Of a DNA stretch of 64,000 nucleotides, positions 28,386 through 38,508 are shown piece by piece. Location of the stretch: NCBI GenBank assembly GCA_964544275.1, contig CAZIZX010000003.1, forward strand, positions 43,705 through 107,704, given 5' to 3'. The notes beneath the pieces were generated by a model. That model was given only the letters and a program-made list of their open reading frames with translations. It was not told where the DNA came from and searched no databases. Position numbers and translations under genes: made by a program. The stretch is from an uncultured Gammaproteobacteria bacterium (GTDB lineage Bacteria > Patescibacteriota > Microgenomatia > UBA12405). Within the stretch, counting starts at the first letter, position 1. Each line of letters opens with the position of its first letter.

Positions 28386-31300
28386 TAATTGAATACTTCA
28401 AAATTATTTTTGGCTAACTCAATTATTAAATCTTCGAGTTTATTTCTATCCTCGTTGTTAATTTTAACTTCGTAATCTTTTTCGATTACGTCATAAAGAT
28501 AGTCATCGACCGCATTTTTCATAATTCTGATTTGCTCTCTGTTTAAGTGCCAATCGACAATGCTATGTTCTCGGACAACCTCCAATAGTTCAAGCACTAT
28601 CTTTATAAATTGAGATCCATTGATTCCATATCCGGCAAACTGAGTCTGCAAATTACGATAAAAGATATCCGCCCCTTTATTTGACAGAATTGGTGAGGGC
28701 AGACTATCGTCCTGTTTATTTAATACATGGTCTTTAATAAGTTTTGCTTGTTTTAAGGCTTCGATATCAGCAATTTTCTTAAGCCTCATTTCCTCCAAAA
28801 GCTTATTAATTTTCAGTGAAAACCGATGATAAAACTCTGGATCTTTCTGTAATTTCTCGTTTATTGTTCGGCTCGTTTGGGCGGCGATAGCTTCAGCCTT
28901 AGATTTATCTGATCCTAATTCAGAAATAGCTTGCTCAAACACTTTCTTGTCGTTGATCGAAATTTGGCGTGTCAAAAGCTCTGCCTCTTCCGCCTTGATA
29001 TTGGTATCCATTATTTTAATCAAGGATTGTTTGTATTTATTGAAATCGACATCCTCGGCATATCTTAGACTGGCAGTCTTTCGGATGTTTAAGAATTTTT
29101 TTAGCTCAAGCCTATAAGTATCGATATGATCAAATTCATGGACGAAATCTTGGAGTACCATACACTCACCAAAGATTTTTAGGAAGTGAGCCAACTGTTC
29201 ATAGAACTTTTTTCGTGTTGGTTCGTCATTTAGAAACTGCAAATAAGCCTCATCGTCTTCTTTGACACCATTAAAAATATCGTGAAGACTACCATAGGAG
29301 CTTTCTAATTCTTGGATTTTTTCATCAACATCAATCAATGCCCCTTTGACATCTTCCTCGTCGTAGTTACCAAATAATTGCATGGCGGTTTTGAGGTTAA
29401 GAGCATTCTCAGAATAGTCGATAATATAACCTGCTGTCTTGGGTAAAACCTTATTATCGTACAACCGATTTACCCGGGCAATTGCCTGAAGCAAATTGTG
29501 GTCTTTAAGTTCTTTGGCAAGGTATAAAACGGTATTTCTTGGAGCGTCAAAACCTGTCAATAATTTATCCACTACGATCAGTATTTCAATCCCATCCTCG
29601 CTGTACTTAAAGTTTTCAATTACTTCTTTCTCGTACGAAAGCAAGCTCTGATAATTGGCTTTTATATCTTTTAAATACTCGTCAACTTCTTTTTTATGTT
29701 GATCGTCATCTTCAATTAGTCCATTTTCATCTGAGATGACTAAAGCGGTATTAATCTTGCCACTTTCTGCAAAATATTTTTGAAATAATGTGGCCGAATA
29801 TTTTGACGGGGCTACTATCTGGGCTTTCAGACCAGTACCTTGAAACTGTTCAAGGTAATGGTTCTCAATATCATATGCAATTTCTTTGATCCTTTGTGGA
29901 TTATCTTGGATAATTTGGCTCTTAATTAGGTATTGGAGTTTTTTCTTTTCAGCATCATTTAAATCAGAAGTAAGACGGTCCACTTGCTTATCAATTTCTT
30001 TCCTGTCTTGGCGAAGGTCAACATATCGTCCTTCATAAATTAGGGGTAGGATAATTTCATCTTCAAGAGCATCATCAATAGTGTATTTGTCGATAAATGA
30101 CCCAAATTTAAGCCGTGACTTTTCCTTTTTTAAAAGAGGAGTACCTGTAAAAGCAATGTAACATGCATTAGGGATGACTCGATTCATCTCCAGATTGGCA
30201 TCTCCACCCTGAGACCGGTGGGCTTCGTCAATTAAAACAAAAATATTTTGGTCATGGTCAACAAAATCTGATCTCTTTTTACTAGCAGCTTGGAACTTGT
30301 GTATTAAGGTGGTGATGACTCTCAAATCTTTCTGTTGAATTAATTTGAGTAAATGTCCGCCGCTACTGGCTTGGATGACATCTTTTTTTAGACCAGCATT
30401 TATGAAAGTTCCTTTGATTTGGCGATCTAAATCTTTTCTGTCAGTAACTATCAAGATTCTTGGGTTAACAATATCCGGGTTTTCGATCAAAGCTTTTACA
30501 AACATTACCATCGTTAACGATTTACCTGACCCCTGAGTATGCCAAAGAATACCACCTTTTCTTTTTGGTCCATACTCCATGGTTTCAATTTGATCAGTCC
30601 TTAGGAGAAGTTTTTTGATAGCAAAATATTGCTGGTAGCGCATCACCTTTTTGATCCCAGCATCATAGAGAACATAGTTTTTTGAGACATCAAGTAATCT
30701 TTCCTTGGTTAATAGTCCCAATACTGCCAAATCTTGATTGGTGGGTAATCGGTCAAGATTCTGTTGGTGATCAACTGTATTTCCATTTAGGTCAAAAAGA
30801 ATTTGGTTATACAGGACCGTATCAATTGGTTTACTAATAATCTCTTTTACTCTCTCTTTAAATTGTTTTTTAAATTCATCTCTGTTTTTCCATTCTTCAT
30901 CGACAACATTTCTTTCTTTCCATTTGGCAAAAAACTTATTAGGGGTACCAACTGTCCCGTAACGGAGATCTTCTTTATTGGCACCAATTAACAGTTGGGG
31001 ATAGATAAATAATTTTGGACAAAATGATGGGGATTGATTTCGATTCAACTGGGACAAAGCTTCTTCAATTTCAACTGATGATTTCTTGTTTTCGATGATG
31101 ACAAAAGGGATTCCGTTTACAAATATAACAATGTCTACCCGAATATCACATTTACCCGTAGCTTGAAACTCGACCGTAACCGCAAAATCATTATTCTCGA
31201 TATTTTGGAAATCTATGTACTTAAAACTTTTTGATATTACCGTTCCTTCGTTAAAAACCTTGATTGTCTTGCCTCCAGTCGTGGGCATGATCATACCGTA

Positions 31301-31591
31301 AACTTTTCTTGAAGTATCAATAAGTCCTTCAACTGGAGTATTTTCCAATTCGTCAATAACTTGAGCGATATCCGCTTCAGAGAACTTGTACGTTTGTCCT
31401 TTGTGTTCGTAGCTGTTAATTTCGGAAAATTTCCTTAATGCTGTTTCCCGTAAAATGAATTTTGAAGTGTCGCCTCCACGTTCTCGCATCACTTCAGAAG
31501 CTGGTATGTAGCGATATCCAAGATTAATCAACATTTCCACTAATGGGAGTTGAGACTGTTTTGCTTCGTCTAAATTGATTTTATCCATCAT
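28385..31591 (-). CDS. hsdR: Type I restriction enzyme R subunit
   Basis: DIVIFVNGIP...ENK, WHTQGSGKS, DEAHRSQ, FTGTP, LLTGFDAP, QAIARVNR. Confidence 0.96.
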   Translation of the reverse strand: MMDKINLDEAKQSQLPLVEMLINLGYRYIPASEVMRERGGDTSKFILRETALRKFSEINSYEHKGQTYKFSEADIAQVIDELENTPVEGLIDTSRKVYGMIMPTTGGKTIKVFNEGTVISKSFKYIDFQNIENNDFAVTVEFQATGKCDIRVDIVIFVNGIPFVIIENKKSSVEIEEALSQLNRNQSPSFCPKLFIYPQLLIGANKEDLRYGTVGTPNKFFAKWKERNVVDEEWKNRDEFKKQFKERVKEIISKPIDTVLYNQILFDLNGNTVDHQQNLDRLPTNQDLAVLGLLTKERLLDVSKNYVLYDAGIKKVMRYQQYFAIKKLLLRTDQIETMEYGPKRKGGILWHTQGSGKSLTMVMFVKALIENPDIVNPRILIVTDRKDLDRQIKGTFINAGLKKDVIQASSGGHLLKLIQQKDLRVITTLIHKFQAASKKRSDFVDHDQNIFVLIDEAHRSQGGDANLEMNRVIPNACYIAFTGTPLLKKEKSRLKFGSFIDKYTIDDALEDEIILPLIYEGRYVDLRQDRKEIDKQVDRLTSDLNDAEKKKLQYLIKSQIIQDNPQRIKEIAYDIENHYLEQFQGTGLKAQIVAPSKYSATLFQKYFAESGKINTALVISDENGLIEDDDQHKKEVDEYLKDIKANYQSLLSYEKEVIENFKYSEDGIEILIVVDKLLTGFDAPRNTVLYLAKELKDHNLLQAIARVNRLYDNKVLPKTAGYIIDYSENALNLKTAMQLFGNYDEEDVKGALIDVDEKIQELESSYGSLHDIFNGVKEDDEAYLQFLNDEPTRKKFYEQLAHFLKIFGECMVLQDFVHEFDHIDTYRLELKKFLNIRKTASLRYAEDVDFNKYKQSLIKIMDTNIKAEEAELLTRQISINDKKVFEQAISELGSDKSKAEAIAAQTSRTINEKLQKDPEFYHRFSLKINKLLEEMRLKKIADIEALKQAKLIKDHVLNKQDDSLPSPILSNKGADIFYRNLQTQFAGYGINGSQFIKIVLELLEVVREHSIVDWHLNREQIRIMKNAVDDYLYDVIEKDYEVKINNEDRNKLEDLIIELAKNNFEVFN

Positions 31592-31592
31592 A

Positions 31593-32828
31593 TTATTTTT
31601 TATTAGTAAATTCCGGTACCCTAATCTGCCCGGTGATTAAATTGTTAAGAAGATAATTTTTTTGTTTAACAACTAGATTTTTTTGTTTTTTAAGAAAAGA
31701 TATTTCTTCATCTGATGTTAACAATAGCTTTGCGATATGTTTCTGTTCTTCAAGATCAGGAAAATTGATAGTTATCTCTGCTACTATCTCCTTCTTTAGG
31801 TTACGTACGCCGGACCCAGCAGCCAGCGATTTAAAAGTATTTTGCATCTTATCTGAAGTTAAAAGATAAAACAGAAAAAATTTATCCACGTTAGTTTTTA
31901 TGTTTCTAAGGGCTAACCATCCGTCATGGATACAGGCGGATATTTTCATGATATACGGTCTACCAAAGCTCATGGAATTGGAAAGTATAAAATCTCCCGG
32001 GTTAACAAGCGTAGTTTTTTTAAGTCCTTCCGGGATTATTTTTTCGGATGTTGATTGGATATACATGGCATCGTTTTCTATATCACCTATTCTTAGCCAA
32101 TTGTAGCCGTCAGAGTCCTTTGTAATAAATTGTTCTATTGGTCTAGGTGAACCGCCACGGCTTATATCGCAAATATCTTTAATCTTGACCTTAGTAACTT
32201 TTTTAAACAAATCACCCGAAGTAAGTTTTTGTAATAGGGAATATCTAGTATATTTCTTTATTTTTATCTTTTGATTTAATAGGCTAATATATTTGTCCCA
32301 TGTTTCGAGAATTTGGACTATTTGACGTTGTTGTGCAAGTTTTGGAACTAAAAATTTAACCATTGAAAGTGATTTTTGATTAACACCTTTTGCAGTAGAC
32401 CCAGTAGATAATAAATCTAATAGCCCTTGAAAAACATCTGATAAGAGATAATGGAATAAAAATATATTATCGACACCTTCTGAAGGTCTTAATGCAACTA
32501 CTCTCTGGCTAAGAATATATTTATTATTGTCGGGGACTATTGCAACGTTACCGAGTGGCGCCTCCATTGTAAATATGATATCTCCTTGTTTAAGATCACC
32601 TTTGTTCATCCATTTTTTATATAACTCTTCGGACGCGAGATGGCACTCGGAACCAAAGTCGATATAACCTTTTTTTACATTATTGGCTGACAATGCAGGA
32701 ATTGACCCGCCACCCCAATCCATACCAAGTTTTTTTGGTGTTTTGCCCCTGAAGTCAATGACTTCGGAAACTACCTGATTAAAACTTAATTCTTTCCATC
32801 CTTCTGGTATTTTTTGTTGATTGTTCAT
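31593..32828 (-). CDS. hsdS: Type I RM specificity subunit
   Basis: Two TRDs with conserved P.L..Q..I helices. Confidence 0.92.
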   Translation of the reverse strand: MNNQQKIPEGWKELSFNQVVSEVIDFRGKTPKKLGMDWGGGSIPALSANNVKKGYIDFGSECHLASEELYKKWMNKGDLKQGDIIFTMEAPLGNVAIVPDNNKYILSQRVVALRPSEGVDNIFLFHYLLSDVFQGLLDLLSTGSTAKGVNQKSLSMVKFLVPKLAQQRQIVQILETWDKYISLLNQKIKIKKYTRYSLLQKLTSGDLFKKVTKVKIKDICDISRGGSPRPIEQFITKDSDGYNWLRIGDIENDAMYIQSTSEKIIPEGLKKTTLVNPGDFILSNSMSFGRPYIMKISACIHDGWLALRNIKTNVDKFFLFYLLTSDKMQNTFKSLAAGSGVRNLKKEIVAEITINFPDLEEQKHIAKLLLTSDEEISFLKKQKNLVVKQKNYLLNNLITGQIRVPEFTNKK

Positions 32829-33547
32829 TTTGATGCAACCTTTGTATCTCTCTTTTTAACGGCCTCTTTGGCACTGTCAGGTAAAGCTTCGTAGAAACCA
32901 CCAACTTCTTTTGGTTCAGTGATCATTTTGTCCGCAACAAAATTTAGTAACTCAAACAGTTTAATTACTCTTTCTGGTTCTTCTTTCAAATTGATTTCCC
33001 CAGGATGAACACCGCTATTCCCAGTTATTCTTAAAGCATCTAAGGATTTTTGGACTAATGGGTTAAGTCCTTTTTTTACCAGGTTACCGATATCATCGTT
33101 GATGTTTTCTCCCTTTTCACCCAATTCTTTACACAGCTTTTGGAGTGCTAATCTTAATATTGCTGCAGCGGCTCTTGGAGATTCACTAAGAATATTTGCC
33201 GCTTCCAAATAATCTGATTTTATATCTTCACTTAAGTCATCGTTCGGCTGTTGAACAATGATTTTTTTTGGATAAATCATCTGAGTATCTATCCAAATAG
33301 AAAAATTATTACAGTGGCCACAAAAAGAAACAGTCCAGAGCTCACCTAACTTTGCCGAATGTTGTGCTAATCCGCAAATATTTGATTTTTTTACATATGA
33401 GTTATATTGTCCTCGAACTGAATAGTTATCTCCGACGGCTTCAATGTGTGACCAACTTTGATGAGCAAATACACCACAATGAGGACAATGAAATTGACCT
33501 GTGGCGTGCTGTGGAGGATAGTATTTTTCTGCCATATTTTTGATCAT
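32825..33547 (-). CDS. DUF4145 (HEPN-like) protein with N-terminal Zn-finger
   Basis: CPHC...CGHC; SPRAAAAILRLALQKLC; LRITGNSGVH. Confidence 0.82.
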   Translation of the reverse strand: MIKNMAEKYYPPQHATGQFHCPHCGVFAHQSWSHIEAVGDNYSVRGQYNSYVKKSNICGLAQHSAKLGELWTVSFCGHCNNFSIWIDTQMIYPKKIIVQQPNDDLSEDIKSDYLEAANILSESPRAAAAILRLALQKLCKELGEKGENINDDIGNLVKKGLNPLVQKSLDALRITGNSGVHPGEINLKEEPERVIKLFELLNFVADKMITEPKEVGGFYEALPDSAKEAVKKRDTKVASK

Positions 33548-33608
33548 ATTGAGCCGAAGCTCATAATGTTATTTAACGTTAAATTACGGTGTTTTGTAAG
33601 TTGACTAC

Positions 33609-33637
33609 TTGACATATGTTTTACTTAGTCATATAAT
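33609..33637 (+). promoter_or_regulatory. Consensus sigma70 promoter antisense to the RM operon
   Basis: TTGACA (33609-14), 17 bp, TATAAT (33632-37). Confidence 0.75.
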
Positions 33638-33643
33638 CATAAC

Positions 33644-33700
33644 TGATACTAACTGTATCATAAATCGATGGCTTAGGGGCTCCTCAGTGAGTCCCTTTTG
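33644..33700 (+). ncRNA. Candidate small RNA overlapping the NYN gene stop codon
   Basis: Follows perfect promoter; hairpin TGATAC/GTATCA; terminator-like AGGGGCTC/GAGTCCCT + T run. Confidence 0.5.
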
Positions 33701-34457
33701 CGTTTTTAAGGGCATTTTTTGCCTTGTCAGAGATCTCTCTCTGCCAACAAATAAAGTCTTTAATTTTCCAAATTTCGAACACAAAAACACCAGTAGCATT
33801 AAGTTCTGGAGCAATCCTTCCGGAAGTGGCAAAGATTACCACTTGTTTTCCGTCTTGGATAAGTTGCTCAATTGGGTCAGCAAAGTCACTATCACCACTC
33901 CAAAGAATGAAATTTTGGACTCCATTTCTTTCAAAATCCAAATACATATCACGACCCATTTCAACGTCAAAATTACATTTCCATTGTTCAACATATTTTG
34001 TCCCTGCTTTGTTTAACTCAAGCAGTTTATTGTTGAGAAACTTGATCGTTTCAACGTCTAATTTATTTAGTAGAGGTTTCTTAATAAAGTTTTGAAGCAC
34101 TGCAGGGGAGCCGTCAGGAGTACCGGATACGTCAATTGAAAGACGCATTCTTTTAATTGGTTTGGTTTTTACAACATAACCGTGCTTTTGGGCTTGATTA
34201 ATTATTGCTTCTGAAAATTGATCTCCGGGAACAGTACCATTGTAAAACCGTACGTTTTTAATTGTGTCAAAAGAGTCGAGGAATTGTTTCAGTCGTTCTA
34301 GATCAATATGCCAGCCTAATTTTTCCGACCAGTGGAACACATTGGCAAAATCAATATAAACGTTTGATGGTTTATCAAAAATACTTTCTAACTGAGTAAT
34401 TGCTTCTGGGTAAAGTTTAGAAAATGCATTTATTTTGTCAGTTTTTGGTTTAAACAT
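33684..34457 (-). CDS. NYN/LabA (PIN-like) domain protein
   Basis: VYIDFAN, KCNFDVEMGRD, WSGDSDF. Confidence 0.88.
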   Translation of the reverse strand: MFKPKTDKINAFSKLYPEAITQLESIFDKPSNVYIDFANVFHWSEKLGWHIDLERLKQFLDSFDTIKNVRFYNGTVPGDQFSEAIINQAQKHGYVVKTKPIKRMRLSIDVSGTPDGSPAVLQNFIKKPLLNKLDVETIKFLNNKLLELNKAGTKYVEQWKCNFDVEMGRDMYLDFERNGVQNFILWSGDSDFADPIEQLIQDGKQVVIFATSGRIAPELNATGVFVFEIWKIKDFICWQREISDKAKNALKNAKGTH

Positions 34458-34460
34458 AAT

Positions 34461-35972
34461 TTATTTAATTCCTAAATCTTTTAAATACCCGTCCATTTCT
34501 TTCTCCAGTTTTTCTAGCTCTGGCTTGAGGGCCTCTAACTCCCGGAGGTTGGCAGCGATATCAATCGGGGCTTCTTCCTCGAAGGTGTCCACGTATCGGG
34601 TGATGTTTAAATTGAAGTCATTTTCTTCAATCTCGGCAAAATCTACCTTACGGGAGAATTTATCTACTTCTTGGCGATTAGCATAGGTGTTATAAATTTT
34701 TTCAATATTTTCATCTGATAGAGTGTTTTGAGCCTTACCTGGTTTAAATTCTTTTGAAGCCTCTACAAAGAGAATATCCTTTTTAGATTGATTGGCACCG
34801 CCACTTTCCCGAGATCTATCGATTATTAAAATGGCGACCGGAATGCCTGTGGTTTGGAAAAGGTTAGCAGGTAGACCAATGACAGCATCGATAATATTTT
34901 CTTTTAAAAGAGATTCACGAATTTTCCCTTCAGCTCCACCCCTAAATAAAACTCCATGGGGAACAATGACAGCCCCTCGGCCAGTTTTTGGTTTTAAAAC
35001 CTCAACCATGTGGGTGATAAAGGCATAATCACCCTTATCCTTTGGAGGTACTCCCCGGAAAAAACGATTGTAAGCGTCTGACTCAGCGTTTTCTGCCCCC
35101 CATTTTTTAAGGGAAAACGGAGGGTTTTGGACGCAGGTGTCGAACTTCATCAGCCGATCGTTTTCGACTAAAAGCGGATTGTTTAAGGTGTCACCCCATT
35201 CAATTCTGGCCGAATCCTTGCCGTGTAAAAACATATTCATCCTAGCAAGTTGGTAAGTGCTTCCTTTAGATTCTTGACCATAAAGTACGTAATTATTTGA
35301 CCCTTGAGCTTCAACTTCAGCACCGGCAAGTAAAAGTAGACCACCTGATCCGCAAGCGTTATCTACTATTCTGTCTCCCGGTTTTGGTTGAGCGAGTTTG
35401 GCTACCAATTTTGATACTTTACTTGGCGTGAAGAACTCTCCCGCTTTCTTTCCAGCATCGGCCCCAAACTTCTCGATCATGTACATATAGGCATTGCCCA
35501 TAACGTCATCATCCACCTCACTCAAATCAATCTTGTGAAAGTCACTGATTAAATTCCGAATCATTTTGTTGCGATTTTCCAGCTTGCCTAAGACTGATTC
35601 AGAATTAAAATCGATATTAAAAATTCCTTCAAGTTTAGATCGGTTAGCTTCTTCAATTTTGTCCAGAACTTTATTTAATTCCTCACCAATATTGTCATGT
35701 TCGATTATCGAATAGATATATTCAAAGGAAGTGTTTTCGGGCAAATAAAAACGGTATAATTTCAGTTTTTCTTCAATCCGTTGAGTATCACTTCCAAATC
35801 TTTCTTTATATTCCTGTCTTTTTTTATTAGAAAGATCGCTTAAATATTTATAAAAAAGCATTGCCAAGGCATAGTCTTTGTAAACCCCAGCATCAACTGA
35901 TGTCCGAGAGGAGTCAGCGGCCGACCAAAGCACTTTGTTCAATTCCTGTTGGTTGTATTTTTTTGGAGCCAT
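34461..35972 (-). CDS. hsdM: Type I RM methyltransferase subunit
   Basis: GEFFTP, DNACGSGG, NPPF, PHGVLFRG. Confidence 0.96.
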   Translation of the reverse strand: MAPKKYNQQELNKVLWSAADSSRTSVDAGVYKDYALAMLFYKYLSDLSNKKRQEYKERFGSDTQRIEEKLKLYRFYLPENTSFEYIYSIIEHDNIGEELNKVLDKIEEANRSKLEGIFNIDFNSESVLGKLENRNKMIRNLISDFHKIDLSEVDDDVMGNAYMYMIEKFGADAGKKAGEFFTPSKVSKLVAKLAQPKPGDRIVDNACGSGGLLLLAGAEVEAQGSNNYVLYGQESKGSTYQLARMNMFLHGKDSARIEWGDTLNNPLLVENDRLMKFDTCVQNPPFSLKKWGAENAESDAYNRFFRGVPPKDKGDYAFITHMVEVLKPKTGRGAVIVPHGVLFRGGAEGKIRESLLKENIIDAVIGLPANLFQTTGIPVAILIIDRSRESGGANQSKKDILFVEASKEFKPGKAQNTLSDENIEKIYNTYANRQEVDKFSRKVDFAEIEENDFNLNITRYVDTFEEEAPIDIAANLRELEALKPELEKLEKEMDGYLKDLGIK

Positions 35973-35973
35973 T

Positions 35974-36549
35974 TTAGTTATTAGAATTTAAAACATGTAA
36001 TAATGAACTTTCGGAAATAGTGGATAAAATTGAAATTTTTTTACTTAACAACTCTTGTTGTTTTACTATGCTCTTATAGAGTCGAGATACTTTCAACTGT
36101 TCGTCTTTGGATGGGGTTTCAACCACTAAACCCTCTAGGTTATATTTGGGAATTGATTTGATGTAATTGCCACTGCTTAGTCTTTCTAATTGAGATTGGC
36201 CTGATGGTGAATTTAAAAAGATTGATAAATATTCGGGACTAATCAAGTTTTTATTTACCCGGAGGACAAAAACAGAAGAGGATGCGATAGTTGGCACTTC
36301 TACTTTAACCACAGCCGCCCGATATCTTCCTCTAGAGGAGAGGACGACATCTCCACTTCTTACTATTGTGTTTTCCGGAAGCTTATCTGCCATTATTTTG
36401 GTTAAGTTTTCATCTTCAAAAACGAACCCGGCTCCAATATCTTTAGCCTGAATTACCTGGTAGTTACCATTAACATCTGGTACAAGGGCCGATCGAAAGG
36501 TGTACCCGGTGACGATATTTGCAATTTCACTTAATTTGTATGAGGTCAT
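35974..36549 (-). CDS. Half-size single-TRD HsdS-like protein
   Basis: KLSEIA.I.TG...GDVV..RG...PEYL..FLNS...P..DEQ. Confidence 0.75.
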   Translation of the reverse strand: MTSYKLSEIANIVTGYTFRSALVPDVNGNYQVIQAKDIGAGFVFEDENLTKIMADKLPENTIVRSGDVVLSSRGRYRAAVVKVEVPTIASSSVFVLRVNKNLISPEYLSIFLNSPSGQSQLERLSSGNYIKSIPKYNLEGLVVETPSKDEQLKVSRLYKSIVKQQELLSKKISILSTISESSLLHVLNSNN

Positions 36550-36555
36550 GCTCTT

Positions 36556-36584
36556 ATCCTAGTCCTCAATTACCAAAATGTCAA
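36556..36584 (-). promoter_or_regulatory. Leaderless-type promoter of the type I RM operon
   Basis: TTGACA-17-TAGGAT, 6 nt before ATG 36549. Confidence 0.6.
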
Positions 36585-36688
36585 TACTTTAATTACACAC
36601 GAGGCCCTACTGCGATTATTTATATTCAAAATGCTTTAAAATATGTTATTCTGTTTATGAAACCTATAATTATTATAGAGTATTAATA

Positions 36689-37276
36689 ATGACTGACTGG
36701 CAGATCAAGATAATTCATCACCTTTATTTTGCCTATTGCCGAGCAAGACGGTTCTTTTGGGAAAGCAACTTTACTAAAAAACATTTGACCTTTGGGATAG
36801 TAGACGGCAAGTTGCAAATCACCAGCACTGAACATGAAGATTTTATCCAAGCTATACAGGAAAGAATTAATAAATTAACCCAAAAAGAACAAGGCAAATT
36901 TGTCAAGTTAGCCTTGCGAGAATCACTAGAAGGGTGCAACTTCATTATCTTTTCCCCCATCGGAGATGATAATAAGTTTATCCAATTTTGGACAGCAGAA
37001 AATAAGCTTAAATTTAATTTTTACGCCAACAAAACAAACGGATTAAAAAAATATTACTTACCAATAGTTGGATTATTAAGTGAGTCTGGTTTTGTAAATG
37101 ATGAAATTGAAAACTATCGAGGATCAATGGTTTATAAGATAGACAAGGGAAAAGACTATATATCCGTAGACGCTAATTTTCGGAAAGACATAGAAAGTGC
37201 AAGCAGATTTATCGAATCGGTTTTTAAAGATATTTATAAAATCGGTTCTCATAAGTTAATAGCAAAAGTAGAATGA
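36689..37276 (+). CDS. Hypothetical protein
   Basis: 195-aa ORF, ATGA-coupled to next gene. Confidence 0.6.
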   Translation: MTDWQIKIIHHLYFAYCRARRFFWESNFTKKHLTFGIVDGKLQITSTEHEDFIQAIQERINKLTQKEQGKFVKLALRESLEGCNFIIFSPIGDDNKFIQFWTAENKLKFNFYANKTNGLKKYYLPIVGLLSESGFVNDEIENYRGSMVYKIDKGKDYISVDANFRKDIESASRFIESVFKDIYKIGSHKLIAKVE

Positions 37277-37869
37277 CTAGTACTAAAAAATTTTGCTATT
37301 TAGAACCTGATTTTCCAAAGAATATTTTCATTGCCTTGGTATTTTTGAAACTTGACGACAACACTGTTTTGTATCCACTATTTGAGACTTTTTCGGATCT
37401 AAAGAAGTTAAGTGCTACTTTGAAAAAGTTAAAAAGACATATCGAAAAGAGAAATCCGGGTACGGATGCTTATGGAGGTTTAGTTGTGACTCTGGGATAT
37501 GATCATATCTTTCCTCTAAAAAAAGAATATTGGGATCCGCCAGAAAATCTCAATTCCAACAAAGATATTAGGATGATGGCGTTTTTGGAAATGCTAAAAG
37601 GTCCACTCTCATTCTTCTGGACAATAATTACTCCTCAATCCTACGATACTGAAACAAAAACATGGAAGTTGACGAATTGGTTGCCAATTCGGATAACTAC
37701 AACTGATAAACAAATTGAGGCATTGATAAAGTCTTCCGACCAATCAGTTGATGAAAAAGCTAAGAATGTCGGAGTGTATTCCATAATCAAGGTTCAAGGT
37801 TTTGATATTGAAGAAGGAAAGCTTGTTAAACCAAAGAGTGATTTTGAAACCCTGGTGGCAGACTGCTAA
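37273..37869 (+). CDS. Hypothetical protein
   Basis: 198-aa ORF. Confidence 0.6.
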   Translation: MTSTKKFCYLEPDFPKNIFIALVFLKLDDNTVLYPLFETFSDLKKLSATLKKLKRHIEKRNPGTDAYGGLVVTLGYDHIFPLKKEYWDPPENLNSNKDIRMMAFLEMLKGPLSFFWTIITPQSYDTETKTWKLTNWLPIRITTTDKQIEALIKSSDQSVDEKAKNVGVYSIIKVQGFDIEEGKLVKPKSDFETLVADC

Positions 37870-37906
37870 AAAAATTCTTTGATATACTTCTCTCGCCCCC
37901 ACAAAT

Positions 37907-38392
37907 ATGACTTGGTATATACACACACTTACAAAATATAGGAAAGAAATAATATCTTCAGCGATAGTATCCGTATTATTCTCCGTCACCATATTGCTTT
38001 GGCATTTTGGGCTTGGAAAAAGCTTTGTCTGGAAAAATATTGAACCAATTTCTGCTCCCGGTTTATTGGAACGTGGGTTTTACAGTGCAATCACTTACCT
38101 AACAATTGGCGCATTTTTATATTGGGTAAGGTTTTACCAATTCCTTCACGGAATAGTTGTTGGAATATTTGACGACTGGAGACTTTACAAAGATATAAAA
38201 GGGTTTATCTGGGGAGGATTAATTTTGGTGTCCTATTTTTGGGTTATTCCAAGAATAGTTGATTTTCTTAATGCAATAATTTCATTTTTCTATAATGTCC
38301 TTGGTCTCATCCTATATTCTCTTCCTTCTTTAGGTATAGCTTTGGTTTTGAGTATCCCGATCCTGGTCTTTATCTGGAAAAGTACTAGGTAG
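37907..38392 (+). CDS. Multi-TM membrane protein
   Basis: About 4 hydrophobic segments. Confidence 0.65.
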   Translation: MTWYIHTLTKYRKEIISSAIVSVLFSVTILLWHFGLGKSFVWKNIEPISAPGLLERGFYSAITYLTIGAFLYWVRFYQFLHGIVVGIFDDWRLYKDIKGFIWGGLILVSYFWVIPRIVDFLNAIISFFYNVLGLILYSLPSLGIALVLSIPILVFIWKSTR

Positions 38393-38508
38393 AGAGTAGA
38401 TGTAGGTAACTATGTAGATAAGTAGAGAACTGACTAGACCTTAAAACTGTGGATATATTCCAATAAAATGAGGATTCTTGGGTGATTTTTGTGGTATTAT
38501 TCATCATA

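Noticed and set aside
33609-34095. Plus-strand ORFs 33609-34016 and 33724-34095
   Set aside because: Antisense shadows of the NYN gene; the first starts at the -35 box itself
38388-38430. Cluster of GTAG(A) short repeats
   Set aside because: Irregular spacing, low complexity, no second copy; too weak to call iterons or CRISPR
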